A stretch of 54,132 bases of DNA from Rhizaria sp. SCN 62-66 (taxonomy: Eukaryota). The DNA is taken from contig MEDY01000193.1 of assembly GCA_001724265.1 (NCBI GenBank), positions 1-54,132 of the forward strand, given 5' to 3'. The notes beneath the pieces were generated by a model. The model had not been told where the DNA came from. It was given only the letters and a program-made list of their open reading frames with translations, and did no database searches. A program made the translations under genes and the position numbers. Below are positions 11,300 to 23,190 of this stretch, in pieces. Within the stretch, counting starts at the first letter, position 1. Each line of letters opens with the position of its first letter.

Positions 11300-14200
11300 T
11301 CAAGCGCGGGACTTGCCGCCCTTCTTGGCGCCCACAACCTGCCACTCGTCGTCGTCGCCCTCAGCGCTGCCGCCGCTGCTGCCGCTGCCGCTGCTGCCGC
11401 GGCTGCCGCTGCCGTTGCTGCTGCGGGCCGACTTGTTGCCGCTGCTCGCGGGGCCGCGGGCGCCCTTGGCCGCAGCAGAGGCGCGGTCACCGGAGGCGCG
11501 TTCACTGGAGGCGCGGTCGCCGCCGGTAGCGGGGCGCGGTCCCCAACCCTTGCCCTCGGTGCCGCTGCCGCTGCCTGTCTTGCCACCCTTCTTCTCAGCG
11601 GCGACAGCAGCATCGTCCGCGGTGCTGCTCGTGCCGGCGGCGTTGCCCGCGGTGGCCGTGTTGGCAGCGGCAGTGTTGGGCTTGCGGCCGCCAAGCAGCG
11701 CGGCCATCGAAAAGCCCGCGGCCGCGGCATCGGCCACCTTGACCGGCACCGGCCTCGCAGCCACAGGTGCGGGAGCGGGCACGGGCGCGGCAGCGAGCGC
11801 GGGGACACCGGCCCCGGGGGCGGCGGCGGGCGCGGTGGCGGGGGACACGGGCATGTCAGCCCAGGACACGCTGGGGCCGACGCGACTCATGCTCACGCTG
11901 CCAACGCCGGCCGAGTTGTTAGAGCTGTTTGAGGAACTGTTCACACTAGCACTGCTGGCCGCGGCGGCGGGCGGCGGCGCGAGGCCAGGGTAGCCGGCCT
12001 TGATGGCGCTCTCGGTGGCAGCCGCCACGGTCACCACTGCAGTCACCGGCGCGGCGGCGGCCGCAGCAGCAGAGAGGGAGGCGGGGGTCGGGGCGGGCCC
12101 GAGACGGCCGGAGCCGGGCGCGGCGGCCGCGGACAGGAACGGGGACGACGCGGGGGGGCGCGCGCGGGCGCCGAACACGCCGCTGCCCGGGGTCACACCG
12201 CTGCTGCTGCCGCTGCTGCTGCTGCTGCTACTGCTGCTGCTGCTGCTGCTGGTAGCGGCGGAGGCGGCGGCGGCGGAGGCGGCGGCGGAGCCTTGGCGAC
12301 CGCTGCCGCGCGCGAGACTGCGCCCGTTGGCGCTGCTCGAGCTGCCGCCGAAAGTGCCGTGGCTGCCGCTGCTGTTGGCGCTGCCGTTACCGCCGTTGCT
12401 GGCGGCGCGCGCGGCGACGAGCCCGTCGAGCGCGATGGGCTCGATGCCGCTCAGCCCGCCGTGACCGTCGCCGCCGCTGCTGTTGCTGCCGTTGCCGTTG
12501 CCGCTGCTGCTGTCGAGCGCGGACAGCGACAGCACGCTGCCGTCGGCCGCGGGCGCCGCTGCCGCCGAGAGCACTGGAGAGCGCCAGTCGCGCGCGTTGT
12601 CTCCCGCCGACGCCGAGGCGGCCGCGGGCTGCGCTGAGGAGCCCGGCGCAGAGCCGGACTTGGAGCGGGCAGGCGCGAGCGGTGCCAGCGCCGGCGAACC
12701 GGTGGCGGCAGCGGCGGGGGCGAGCCGCGGTGACCGCCAGTCGGAGGCGCGCACGGCGGGGGAGGCGGCCTCGCGCTGCTGCTCCCGCTCGAGGCGCTGC
12801 TGCTCGCGCTGCTGCTGCTGCTGCTCGCGATGCTGACCACCACCGTGAGGGCCGTGACCGTGGTGGCCGTGGGGGCCATGGGGGCCGCCGTGCAGCTGCT
12901 GCTGGTAGCGGTGCGGGGGGCCCTGGGGGTGTTGATGCGGCGCATAACCGTTGCCGGGGTGGCCGCCGCTGGCGTAGAACTGCTGCTGCTGCTGCTGGGG
13001 AGGGAACTGAGGGCCGCTGAAGTGGCCGTGGCCGTGGCCGTTGTAGGGCCCGTGGCCGCCACCGTGGGGGCCGAAGTGAGGGCCGCCGCCATAGGGGCCG
13101 TAGGGGCCGTGGCCGTAGCGCGGGTGGCCGCCGTAGCCTTGATAGTGAGAGGGCGGGGGCCCGCCATAGGGGCCGGGGCCGTAGGGGCCGGTGTGACCAG
13201 GATACCTCCCCTGGCCTTGGCCCTGCTGCTGCTGCTGCTGGTTGTCATTGTTATCGCTGTTGCTGGCGGCGTTGTTGTTGTTAGCTTCAGCGCTGGCGGT
13301 GTTGTTGGCATCAGCTTCAGAGCCCGACTCCGGCGCCTGCTGCTGAGGCTGCTGATGCTGCTGCTGCTGCTGCTGCTGCGGAGGTTGCTGCCACTCGCCG
13401 TTGCCGTTGTTGTAGCCGCCGTGCTGTAGCGGCTGGTTGTTACCGTTGTAGTAGTACTGCTGCTGCTGCTGGGGGTGGGGACCCATTGGACCCATGCCCA
13501 TCGGTCCGCGCCCGTGGCCGTGGCCGCCGCGGCCGCCGCGCGCGCCGCCGCGCCCCCCGCGGCCGCCGCGGCCGCCGTAGCCGCTGCTGCCGTAGGGGCC
13601 GGGGCCGTAGGGGCCTTCGAACGGGGGGCCCTGCTGTTGCTGAGGCCACTGCTGCTGCTGCTGCGCAAAGTGTGGAGGAAAGGGGCCCTGCCCCTGCTGC
13701 TGCTGCGGCGGCGGGAAGTTGGGGCCGGGGCCAGGGGGGCCAAACTGATGTTGCTGCCGCGGGTGTCCGCCGTAGGGGCCGGTGCCGTAGGGGCCGGGGC
13801 CGCTGTAGAAGCCCTGGCCGTGGCCGTTGTGGCCGTGGGGGGGCCCATAGCGGGGGCCGCGGGGCCCGGGGCCGTAGGGGCCGCCGAAAGGAGGACCCTG
13901 GTGATGATGTTGATGTTGCTGTTGCTGCTGAGGAGGAGGCTGCTGCTGGTTGTCGTTGTTGTTGTTGTTGATGATGTTGGCGCTGCTGTCGACGGGCACA
14001 GGCGCAGCCAGAGCAACGGGGGCGGGCCCAGCGGCATCAGCATGAACAGCAGCAGCGGCAGCATCAGCGGCAGCCTTGTGCTTCTCCTGTTCCTTGCTCT
14101 CAGCCTTAGCCTCAGCCTTAGCCTCAGCCTTTGCGTCAGCCTTAGCCTCAGCCTTGGCATTATTGGTCGCAGCCTTCGTCTGCTGCTGGGCCTGCTGCTG

Positions 14201-14758
14201 CTGGCCCTGACCGTGGCCCTTGGCAGTGCTCTTGAGCTTGCCCGCGGTCGTCTCAGCCTTATCATCACCCTTGACATCAGTCTTGCCAGTCTTAACCGAG
14301 GCAGTTGCGGCCGCAGCAGGAGCAGTAGTTGCCTTGGTCTCAGCCTTGGCCTCTGCGGCCTTGCCCTTGCCATCGGCGCTCGCGGGCGCCTGCGCAGCCG
14401 CCTCAGCCTGAGCAGCTGGAGCAGCAGCGGCAGCAGGGGCCGAGGCGGGGGCGGGGGCGGGGGAGGGAGCCTTGCCCTTGACGATATCGGCCATGCTTAC
14501 GGTCTTGGCCACAGGTTTGGCCGCGGCGGGGGCAACGGCGGGGGCCGCAGGCTCGGCACGGGGAGCAGTCTTGGCCGCAGAAGCAGCAGCAGGGGCGGCG
14601 GGGGCAGCAGCGGCGGCGGGGGCAGCAGCGGCGGCGGGCTTGGCGACGGCGGCAGCCTGTTGCTGCTCGCGGAGCTTAGTGGCCATCGTGGAGGCCGCGG
14701 GGGCCGCGGAAGCGGCGGGTGCGCGCTTGGGCGCGGTGGAGGCGGTGCCGGTCCTCAT
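11300..14758 (-). CDS. Intronless 1152-aa intrinsically disordered protein with a G/P/Y/H/Q-rich prion-like region and an RGG box; putative RNA-granule protein
   Basis: Long ATG..TGA ORF flanked by AT-rich DNA. It contains many GPYG repeats, GGRGGRGGRGG and poly-Q, and no recognisable folded domain. Confidence 0.75.
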   Translation of the reverse strand: MRTGTASTAPKRAPAASAAPAASTMATKLREQQQAAAVAKPAAAAAPAAAAAPAAPAAASAAKTAPRAEPAAPAVAPAAAKPVAKTVSMADIVKGKAPSPAPAPASAPAAAAAPAAQAEAAAQAPASADGKGKAAEAKAETKATTAPAAAATASVKTGKTDVKGDDKAETTAGKLKSTAKGHGQGQQQQAQQQTKAATNNAKAEAKADAKAEAKAEAKAESKEQEKHKAAADAAAAAVHADAAGPAPVALAAPVPVDSSANIINNNNNDNQQQPPPQQQQQHQHHHQGPPFGGPYGPGPRGPRYGPPHGHNGHGQGFYSGPGPYGTGPYGGHPRQQHQFGPPGPGPNFPPPQQQQGQGPFPPHFAQQQQQWPQQQQGPPFEGPYGPGPYGSSGYGGRGGRGGRGGARGGRGGHGHGRGPMGMGPMGPHPQQQQQYYYNGNNQPLQHGGYNNGNGEWQQPPQQQQQQQHQQPQQQAPESGSEADANNTASAEANNNNAASNSDNNDNQQQQQQGQGQGRYPGHTGPYGPGPYGGPPPSHYQGYGGHPRYGHGPYGPYGGGPHFGPHGGGHGPYNGHGHGHFSGPQFPPQQQQQQFYASGGHPGNGYAPHQHPQGPPHRYQQQLHGGPHGPHGHHGHGPHGGGQHREQQQQQREQQRLEREQQREAASPAVRASDWRSPRLAPAAAATGSPALAPLAPARSKSGSAPGSSAQPAAASASAGDNARDWRSPVLSAAAAPAADGSVLSLSALDSSSGNGNGSNSSGGDGHGGLSGIEPIALDGLVAARAASNGGNGSANSSGSHGTFGGSSSSANGRSLARGSGRQGSAAASAAAASAATSSSSSSSSSSSSSGSSSGVTPGSGVFGARARPPASSPFLSAAAAPGSGRLGPAPTPASLSAAAAAAAPVTAVVTVAAATESAIKAGYPGLAPPPAAAASSASVNSSSNSSNNSAGVGSVSMSRVGPSVSWADMPVSPATAPAAAPGAGVPALAAAPVPAPAPVAARPVPVKVADAAAAGFSMAALLGGRKPNTAAANTATAGNAAGTSSTADDAAVAAEKKGGKTGSGSGTEGKGWGPRPATGGDRASSERASGDRASAAAKGARGPASSGNKSARSSNGSGSRGSSGSGSSGGSAEGDDDEWQVVGAKKGGKSRA

Positions 14759-16427
14759 TGCTGTGTTAGCGAAGTGCTGTGAGGGCGGGGGGGAGGGGAC
14801 GCGGCAGCGGCGGCGGCGACAGGCAGCGGCAGCGGCGGCGGCGAGTGCGGCGGCGGTGTGGCCCAGAGCGGGGAAGAAAGAGCGCGCGGAGGCAGGGACA
14901 CGGACTCAGGGAGAGGTTGTATCAGCGCGTCGAGCGACTGGAAGTTGCGGGACGCTGGGAGGAACGGGAGAGCAGACGAGAGGATGCGTGAGGCGGTGGG
15001 CATTCAGGAACAGTTGGACTTTGATGAAAAGATGCGTTGAACTATGAGTGAAACGAAAGCGTTACGGGATATACAAAGGGATAATAGCATATAAAAAAGA
15101 TGACACTGGCTTGCGTCTGATGTGCAGAACTTAGATCTTCGCGGGGCGAGCGTGAGCAGGTGTGATAACACTAGGATCATGATCGAGCTTTCCAGCGAAT
15201 TGGCTGAAAGTAAACGGGCGTAAACATACAGGCACAAGTTGCAATCAGGCCAATAAATAGTGTGCGCATAGAACAATACTAGAAGTCGCACTGGCACTAT
15301 AAATTAGACTATACTGCGTTCCTTCTGCAGCCAAAACAGCATCCTTCCTGGACTACCACAGCTGTTGCAGCGTCCAGTCTCCGACCGTCGGTCGGTCACC
15401 CAACGGCAGCACTGGTCAAAAAAGTAAGCCGCGTGCGCTTCAGCTAGGTATATGTGTAGTTATATCAGTGACTCTATATTTTAATTGTGTGTTTCAGGAG
15501 TGCGCAATATATTCTCTATGTTCTGCACCAATATTAAATTCCTAAACCATAATATACACACCCATATCTTGATTTCAAGACATGATGTTGAATAAAACCG
15601 CGATTTCTTTGGGATAGATTAATTTTTCAGACAATAAAATATCAAAATCCAATTACAATATCTTAGGAGTAGTGTTATGTATACTGTATTATTTGCAACC
15701 AGTAGATCTTTTAAGTTATTATCGCGCGCGGCGCGATGCAGATTAACTGCTTGACCAGAGGCGCCTCGAGCAACGCCCACAGTCTTCGACCGAGGGGGCC
15801 AAGGCTACAAAATATCATATCAACGCTGCAGGAAGGAGCCAGGAAGACAAATAACAATTAATGTTAACCCATGACATATCAGTCTTATGTTCCCTCATAC
15901 TCTCTGTATCAGCTGGGATTGAAATATGTGTCTGAGCTACTGTTTCTGTTCGCTCGTTTGAGCAGCGGCGGAGGTTACCAAGCTTGTCACGTGCATAACT
16001 TCGGCTCCACAGCCCGGCATTTATGACCAATACCAATGCAATCTTCTGAAATGGTATCAAGAGTCACGTTTCTGTTCGTATATAATCGTACTTTTTCTAT
16101 CGCTTACGTTCCCCCGCATCTGTACTCTTCCCAACTTGCCCGCCCTTACCCCTAGCGTGACCGGCTCTTGCTCCATCTGCGACTTGCGTCTTAGATCGAG
16201 CCTGCCCGGACTCCTTTCCTTTTCTGACGCAGCACCCGCGTGCTTGCGCTCTTCTTCTATTCTAAACAAGGCTTCACGCCCCTTCACCGCAGCCCCCGCC
16301 GCCGCAGGGCTCGTCGGACCCTTCCCCCCGGCTCCTTGCCGCCCCGCCCGTCGCACAGGCACCCTTCGCTGAGGCGTCCCCCGCCAAGGCTGCGCTTGCC
16401 CGCGCTCTCGCGCCTTCGCCTCTGCCG
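14759..16427. promoter_or_regulatory. Divergent promoter region between the prion-like gene and the SNF1-like kinase
   Basis: Head-to-head genes with an AT-rich core at ~15450-15720. Confidence 0.45.
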
Positions 16428-17708
16428 ATGCAGCGTACACCCCGCGCCCCCGCGTCTGGCGGTGGCGCTGTGCCCAGCTACGCATCGCCGCTGCGCTCGC
16501 GCCCGCGCTCGAGCTTCCAGCCGCCAGGCGCCGCCTCCTCCTCGTCCGCCGCATCGGGCCCCCCGCCCGGCGCGCTGGGCGGCCCTGCCTCGGCCGTGGC
16601 GGCAGGCGCGGGCCCCGCGATGCCGCCCGCGATGGCATCCTTTTTCGCTTCAGGCGCCGCCGCCGCCTTCAGCATCCAAGGCCAGGGCCAGGGCCAGATC
16701 GGTTACCAGCAGCAACTACAGCAGCAACAGCAGCAGCAACAGGGGCAGGGCATTGTTGTTGGCAGCGGGCGCGCCGCTGCGCAGGCGGCCGCTTCAGCCG
16801 CAGCCTTTGCTTCCCCTGCGTCTCCTAGCAGCAGCAGTAGCGGCAACGGTTCTGGCGCCACCAATGGAGCCGCCAGCAACGGCGGCGTTGGCGGCCCCGG
16901 CGCTGGTCCTAACGGCCGCCCCTGGACCAGCAGTGGCAGCGGCGGCGCTAGCAGCGGCAATGGTAGCAGCAACGCCCGCGCTCGCGGCCGGTCCCCGGGC
17001 CCCGCCCTCGGCTCCCCGCAGCACTACGCGCACAGCAACGGAAACGGCAACGGCAGTCACGCAGGCGCAGGCTCTGCGGCCGCGGTGCGCGCCTTCGGGC
17101 CCCTCGCCAGTGCCAGCGCCAACAGCGGCGACGGCAGTGGCGCTTCTGCGGCTGCAGGCCCCGCGCCCGCTCCTGCTGACTCGCACTACTATGGCTACGG
17201 CTACGGCTACCCTGCTCCCTCATCCTCGTGTTCCTCGTCATCATCGTCATCGTCTTCGGCTGCGGCAGCGGCGGCACCAACGGGCACCAACGGCGCTAGC
17301 GGCGGCGGGCCGCTGAGCCCCGGCTTCTCCCGCTGGAGCGCGGTGCTCTCGACGCCCAACAACGCCGCTCCAGAGCCACACAGCCACATCAGCGGTAACA
17401 ACGGCAGCGGCAACGGGCGTGCGACGTCCTCGGCCGGAGTGCGCCCCACCCCTGGCTACCTGGGCTCTAAACATAGCTACGGCAACAGCAACAGCAGCGG
17501 CAGCGGCAGCGGTGGCCAGTTCCGCCGGCCCGACTCCGCGGCCACGGCCACGGCTACTGCGGTCTCCGCCTCTGCAGTTACTATGGGCGGGGGCGGGGGC
17601 GCGTTCGCCGTGGGTGCGGCGGGCGCCGGCGCGCCGTCTGCGGCCGCGCTGCGCAGCGCGGGCCCCGGCGCTTCCCTCGCCATCGCGCGCGCGCTATCCG
17701 CACGCGTC

Positions 17709-17753
<45 letters not shown>

Positions 17754-18430
17754 TTTCAGCAGCAGCAGCAACAACAGCAACAGCACAATTCGGGCGCGAC
17801 TGATGCCTGGGGCAGTGGCGCCTGGACAGACCCACAGCAACAGCAGCAGCAGCAGCTGATTTACCATCAGAACAACAGCAACGGCGCTGCCGCCGGCGAT
17901 ACCGGTGCCCCCGGCTACTCGCTGCCCAAGCGGGCGCTGCACTCGCGCTCGCGCTCAGGCTCTGGCTCCGGCTCCGGCCTCGGAGGCGCGAATGCTAATA
18001 CTATCGTCAATTCTAACGCTAACCCGGGTGGTGCGAACGGCGGTCTCGCGGCGACGGCGCCGGTGGCGGCGATGGTGTTTCCCTTCCCCTTTGCCGCGCT
18101 CTCCCTCCATGGCACTAACAACAGCAACACTGCGAATACCAGCACAGCCATCGCGAACATCAGCTTAGCGCCGCCGCAGCATGCGCAGGGGGCGGCGCAG
18201 CGCCGCGGCCGCAGCGCTGCTTCCCGTCCCGGCACCAGCTCAGGGTCCTCCAGTGGCAGCGGCGGCGCCGCCAGCGGCAGTGGCAGCGGCAGCGGCGGCG
18301 GCGGCGGCGCTGGGGGCGGGGGCTATGGCTACGGGGAGATTCCCTTTAGCAACAAGGCCCGCGTGTCATCACAGCAACAACAACAGCAGCAACAGCATCA
18401 GCAGCAGCAATACGCTCAATACCAGTACCC

Positions 18431-18464
<34 letters not shown>

Positions 18465-18746
18465 GACAGCTTTTCTGCGACCGCCCCCGCTTCTAGCGCA
18501 GCGCCCGCGACGACCGCGACTGCGTAGGGCTCCCGGCCCGGCACGGCCGCCTCGGGCGCCGCGGCGGCACGGGCTACGGCCGCGGCCGCGGCGGCAGCAG
18601 CCTCCGCCGCCGCTGCCTCCGCCGCAGGCTATGGCAACAGCAGCGGCAGCGCAGTGGTCAGGCCCGCGTCTGGGTACTCTGTCTCGATTCCCTTCAGCTC
18701 CAACCTGAACAGCAACAGCAGCAATCGCGGTCACTACAATCAGCAG

Positions 18747-18782
<36 letters not shown>

Positions 18783-21700
18783 GCGCAGGCGCAGTTATGG
18801 GGCACCTGGGCTGCTCCGGTCTCTGTCCCGTTGCAAACGCACGCCAATAGCAATAACAATAACAACAACAGCAGCGGTCGCAACACCGTCTCTGGCTCTA
18901 GCTCTGGCTCTGCGTCCTCGCCCAGCTCTGGGGCCGGCCGCGGCCCTAGCTCCCCCCCGCCCGCGCGCCCCGACAGCGCCGCCGCCGCTAGCGCCAGCGC
19001 CAGCGCTGGCCATGGCGGTCACGGTAGCGGTCTGCGTACGCCGCGCCCGCCGCCCGGGCCGCCCGGCAGCGGCGCGGGCGCGGGCGCCGGCGGTCGCCTC
19101 ACCCCTCGCCGCATGGCCCCCTCCTCTGCGACGGGCTCGGCGACAGGCTCTGCAACCGCGTCTGCGTCGTCGTCGGCTGCCCACGGCCTCGGCGAGCCCG
19201 TCGCCCACAGCAATAACGGCATCAACAGCAATGCGCCGCAATACGGCGGCGGACGCGGCAGCGGCGGCAGCGGCTACGGCAGCACGTCGGGCTCGCCGCG
19301 CGCGTCCGCCCCCGCCACGCCGGCCCCCGGCTCCGGCGTGCTGGGTGTAAGTACCTCGGGCGGAAATGTAAGTACCGGCGTCAGCGGTATTGACCCCGCC
19401 GCCGCCGCCGCGTTCGGCTCGTTGCTGCGCTCCTCCCAACAGCAACAGCAGCAGCAGCAACAGTTTCAGCAGCAGCAGCAGCAGCAGCCGCGGCCTGCGA
19501 CCAGCATGCCACGCTCCCGCCCCCCGCCCTCGAACACTGTCAATTTCAACAGCGTCAACAGCAACGGCGCGGGTGCGGGGGTAGGTGGTTATGGCGCGGA
19601 GGCTGCGGTGCCAGTGCAGTCGCGACACGTGCCCACCCCGCGCAACGCCAGCGGCAGCCCCGACGTCGACAGCGGCAACAACGGCAACAGCAATAACGAC
19701 GGTAGTGGCAGTGGCAGTGCGGCGCCTCGCGCCCCCGCGTTCACGTTCGGCTCCAAGCCCGCGTTTGCCGCCAACGCCAGCGCTAGCGCTTCTGCCTCCG
19801 CTACAGCTGAGCCTACCAACGCCGCCGCTGCCACTGCTGCGGGCGAGGGCGCAGGCGCTGGCAGCGGGAGCAGCGGCGGGTCAATCGAGTGCCCCGAGCT
19901 GGCGCGCGTGGTGCCGCCCGCGACGACGAGCTCGAGCATCGCCGACTACGTGCTGGGCGAGGTCCTGGGCGAGGGCACCTTCGGCAAGGTGCGTCGCGGC
20001 ACGCATCGGCCGACGGGTGCGACCGTGGCCGTCAAGGTGCTGGAGCGTCGACGGATGGCGACCGAGGAGGACGCGGCGCGCGTATCGCGCGAGATTGCGC
20101 TGCTGTCGGCCGTAGACCACCCCAACGTGGTGCGGCTCTACGACGTGATCGCGACGCCCGCCGTGATCTACCTCATCATGGAATACTGCCCTCGCGGCCC
20201 ACTGTTTGACTTCATCGTTGCCAAGGGCCGCGTGTCGGAGCGCGAGGCGTGTCGCGTGCTGCACTGCATCCTCAACGGCGTCGCGCACTGCCACGCCGCC
20301 GACGTCGCTCACCGCGACCTCAAGCCCGAGAACGTGCTCCTCACCGATGACCCCGCCGTGGGGCTCAAGATCGTCGACTTCGGGCTCGGCAACCGCGCCG
20401 GCAACAACAGCAGCGGCGGCGACGGGCTGCTCAAGACGGCGTGCGGGTCGCCGTGCTATGCGGCGCCCGAGATGCTCGAGGGCCGCCGCTACCGGGGCCC
20501 GCTGGCCGACATGTGGTCTCTGGGCGTGATCCTCTACGCGCTGCTCTGCGGCTTCTTGCCCTTCGAGCACCCTAACACGAACAAGCTTTACAGCAAGATT
20601 AAGGCGGGCCGCTACGAGGTGCCATCGTTTGTCTCGGCGGGCGCGCGAGACCTCGTCTCGCGGCTGCTGACGACGGACCCCGCGCGGCGCTACACGCCCG
20701 CGCACGTGCGCGCGCACCCCTGGTACCGCGGGCTCGCCGTCCCCACCGATCCCGTCGTGCCGGGCGCCGCGCCGCTGCCGCCCGCCGCCGCCGCCGCGCG
20801 CCTGGGCGAGGACCCCTGGGCGGCACCCGACGCTGCCATCGTCGCCGACATGGTCGCAGGCGGCTACCAGCGCGCGGAGGTGCTGGCTGCGCTCGCCGGG
20901 CGCGTGCGCAGCCACGTCACCACGACCTACTTCCTGCTGCGCGCGCGGCTCCTGCGGGCGCTTGGCGCGCGCCACCCCGCGCCCATGTCCGGCTCCGTCG
21001 TCATCTCGCTCCCCGCGCCCTCCACCACCGCCACAGCGGCCAACCCCGCGGCGCCCTCCGCCGCTGCCGCTGCTGTCGCAGTCTCTGCTGCCGCCGCCGC
21101 CCCTGCGGCGGCCGTGGCTGCGGGTGTCGCCGTCACTGCCTCGCCCTCGCCCCGCGACAGCGCCACTTACCCCGCCACCGGCGCGAACGCTGCTGCTGCG
21201 TTTGCGAACGGCAACGGCAACGGCAGCGGTTCTGCTGCGGCGGCGGCGGCGTTCTCGCACCCCGCGCTGACTCAGCGCGCGGCGACGGCGCTGCCGCAGG
21301 GCGCCGGCGCTCCCATGGCCCACGGTCACTCCACTCTCACAGTCTCTAACGCCGTCGGCGTGAACGGCAACACTGCGCAAGCAGGCAGTAGCTCGAGCAG
21401 TGGCGCCGCGAGCACGGCGGTCAACGTCGCGTTCCGCGTCAGCGCGCCCGCCGCCGCCGGCCACCTCTACCTGCAGCAGCACACGCAACAGCAGCAGCAG
21501 CAGGGACTACAGCAGCAGAAGGCGCCGAGCCCGCCGCACGCGACGCCGCACGCGACGCTGCTGGCGGAGCGCGTGTCGAGTCCCCCCAGCCCCAGTCCCT
21601 CCTCGGCCGCCGCTGGCAACGCCGCCGCAGCCGCCGCCTCTGTTGCGGGGCCGCACGACCACCAGCAACAGCAGCACCAGCAGCAGTTGGACAACGGCGC

Positions 21701-22262
21701 TGGCGGCCGCTCGATGGCCTCGGCGGCGTCTGCGGCGACGACGGCGGCCGTGTCCACCTCGGCCTCCGCCGCGGGCTCTGCTGCGGGCTCCGGCTCGGGC
21801 TCTGCCTCGGGCACTGTACGCTCCTCGCGCGACAACGTTAGCGCCATCGCCGACACAGATGTAGACGCGGACGCGGATGACGTGCACGACAGCAGTGGCA
21901 GTCTGGGGCCCGAGGCCGCGACCACCCCGGCGGCGGCGCAGCAGCTGCAGCTGCAGAAGCAACAGCAGTACCAGCAGCAGCAGAAGCACGCGCAGTCAGA
22001 CCACGCGGCCAGCGGCCCTCTCGCTGCCTCCGCGCACGCCTCCGCGCTGCAGCGGCCGCCCACGGCCACGAGCGCGAGCGCGAGCGCGGCGTGGGCCGTG
22101 GCCTCGCAGGCCTTCGCTCCTGTCGTCGCCGGTGCGGGCGCGGGCGCTGGCGCTGCACACTCAGCGACTGCCACAAACGTCGCGCAGGAGGGCGAATACG
22201 GGGCACTGCGCAGGCCCGCCACGTCGGCGCGCGCGCGCGACCCCGTGGCGCCGCTGTCGTAA
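16428..22262 (+). CDS. SNF1/AMPK-family (CAMKL) Ser/Thr kinase with a UBA-like domain; about 1944 aa if the in-frame TAG at 18525-18527 is decoded
   Basis: The kinase domain (~19947-20725) has GEGTFGKV, VAVKVL, HRDLKPEN, DFG and LKTACGSPCYAAPE. A UBA-like segment ends HVTTTYFLL. ORFs 16428-18527 and 18654-22262 share one frame and are separated only by that TAG. The gene ends in TAA. Confidence 0.85.
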
Positions 22263-23190
22263 GCAGCCGTGGAAATGAATCGGGGGTGCAATCCATCGTG
22301 GATCCATGCAATGTGATTTTTTTTAATTTTTTTGCAATGCAAGATGACCATGATGGTCGATGCTAGAGGAGCCCTTTTCTGTGTCTTTCCTTCTTCTTTT
22401 TTTTGTCTAACTCTTTTGTTTTATTTCTTTCTTTATCCGTTCCTTCTTGAATGAGTGATCCCACCAACCACGAGTATTACTACTCCGCCTTAGCCGCACA
22501 CTTCAAACTCAACATACTTGTCGAATCTGCTTCTATCTCTGTAGCGACGGGCTTGGAGATGGAGATACGTTCACAACCGCGCATCTGCTACTTACGCCAC
22601 GGACGACAACTCTAGTCCGCCACTAATGGCACTGCGCATTACTCGACTCACCCTAACGTCAGTTTCGACACACATGTCTTTCTTTTGTTTTCATTACTAT
22701 TTCAACATGTTTTGTTCACAACGAATATATTAGTATATACCCTCATTATTATTCACGAATACTAATATCATTTCAGTTATTCAGCCCGTTTATCATCTCC
22801 ACATGTCAACAACTTACATGTGACGTGCTCATGCGCATTCGATTTGAGTTAATATATTATAAACAAGCCGAACATTCTTTGTAAGACAACGCGTTCTCTT
22901 GCCGCAAACTGTTGACATTATTATATAGTTTCTTGTGAGCTGTTCTAGACTTTGCATCAGTGTTGCTGAACAGCTGTTCACGGGACGCAGCAGTGTAGTT
23001 GAGTAGCAAGCGTGCATACTAATTTGCTGTTTTCACTGTAATCTGTGAAGCAGGGCGCTGAGTGACCAGCTGAGTTATCTGTTTTACAGTGCGTCCACGG
23101 TACTGCTGGTGTTTGTTGCGCACAACGAGGCTAGCTGAAAGCGCGTCAGCACGCACTCCCAGTTTTAGCATCAATGTAACAATAGCCAGC

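Noticed and set aside
128-22366. Hundreds of overlapping antisense or alternate-frame ORFs (e.g. 3025-5103 -, 12451-14373 -, 19881-21488 -)
   Set aside because: They are expected shadows of very GC-rich, repetitive coding DNA with few stop codons, and none shows an independent domain signature.
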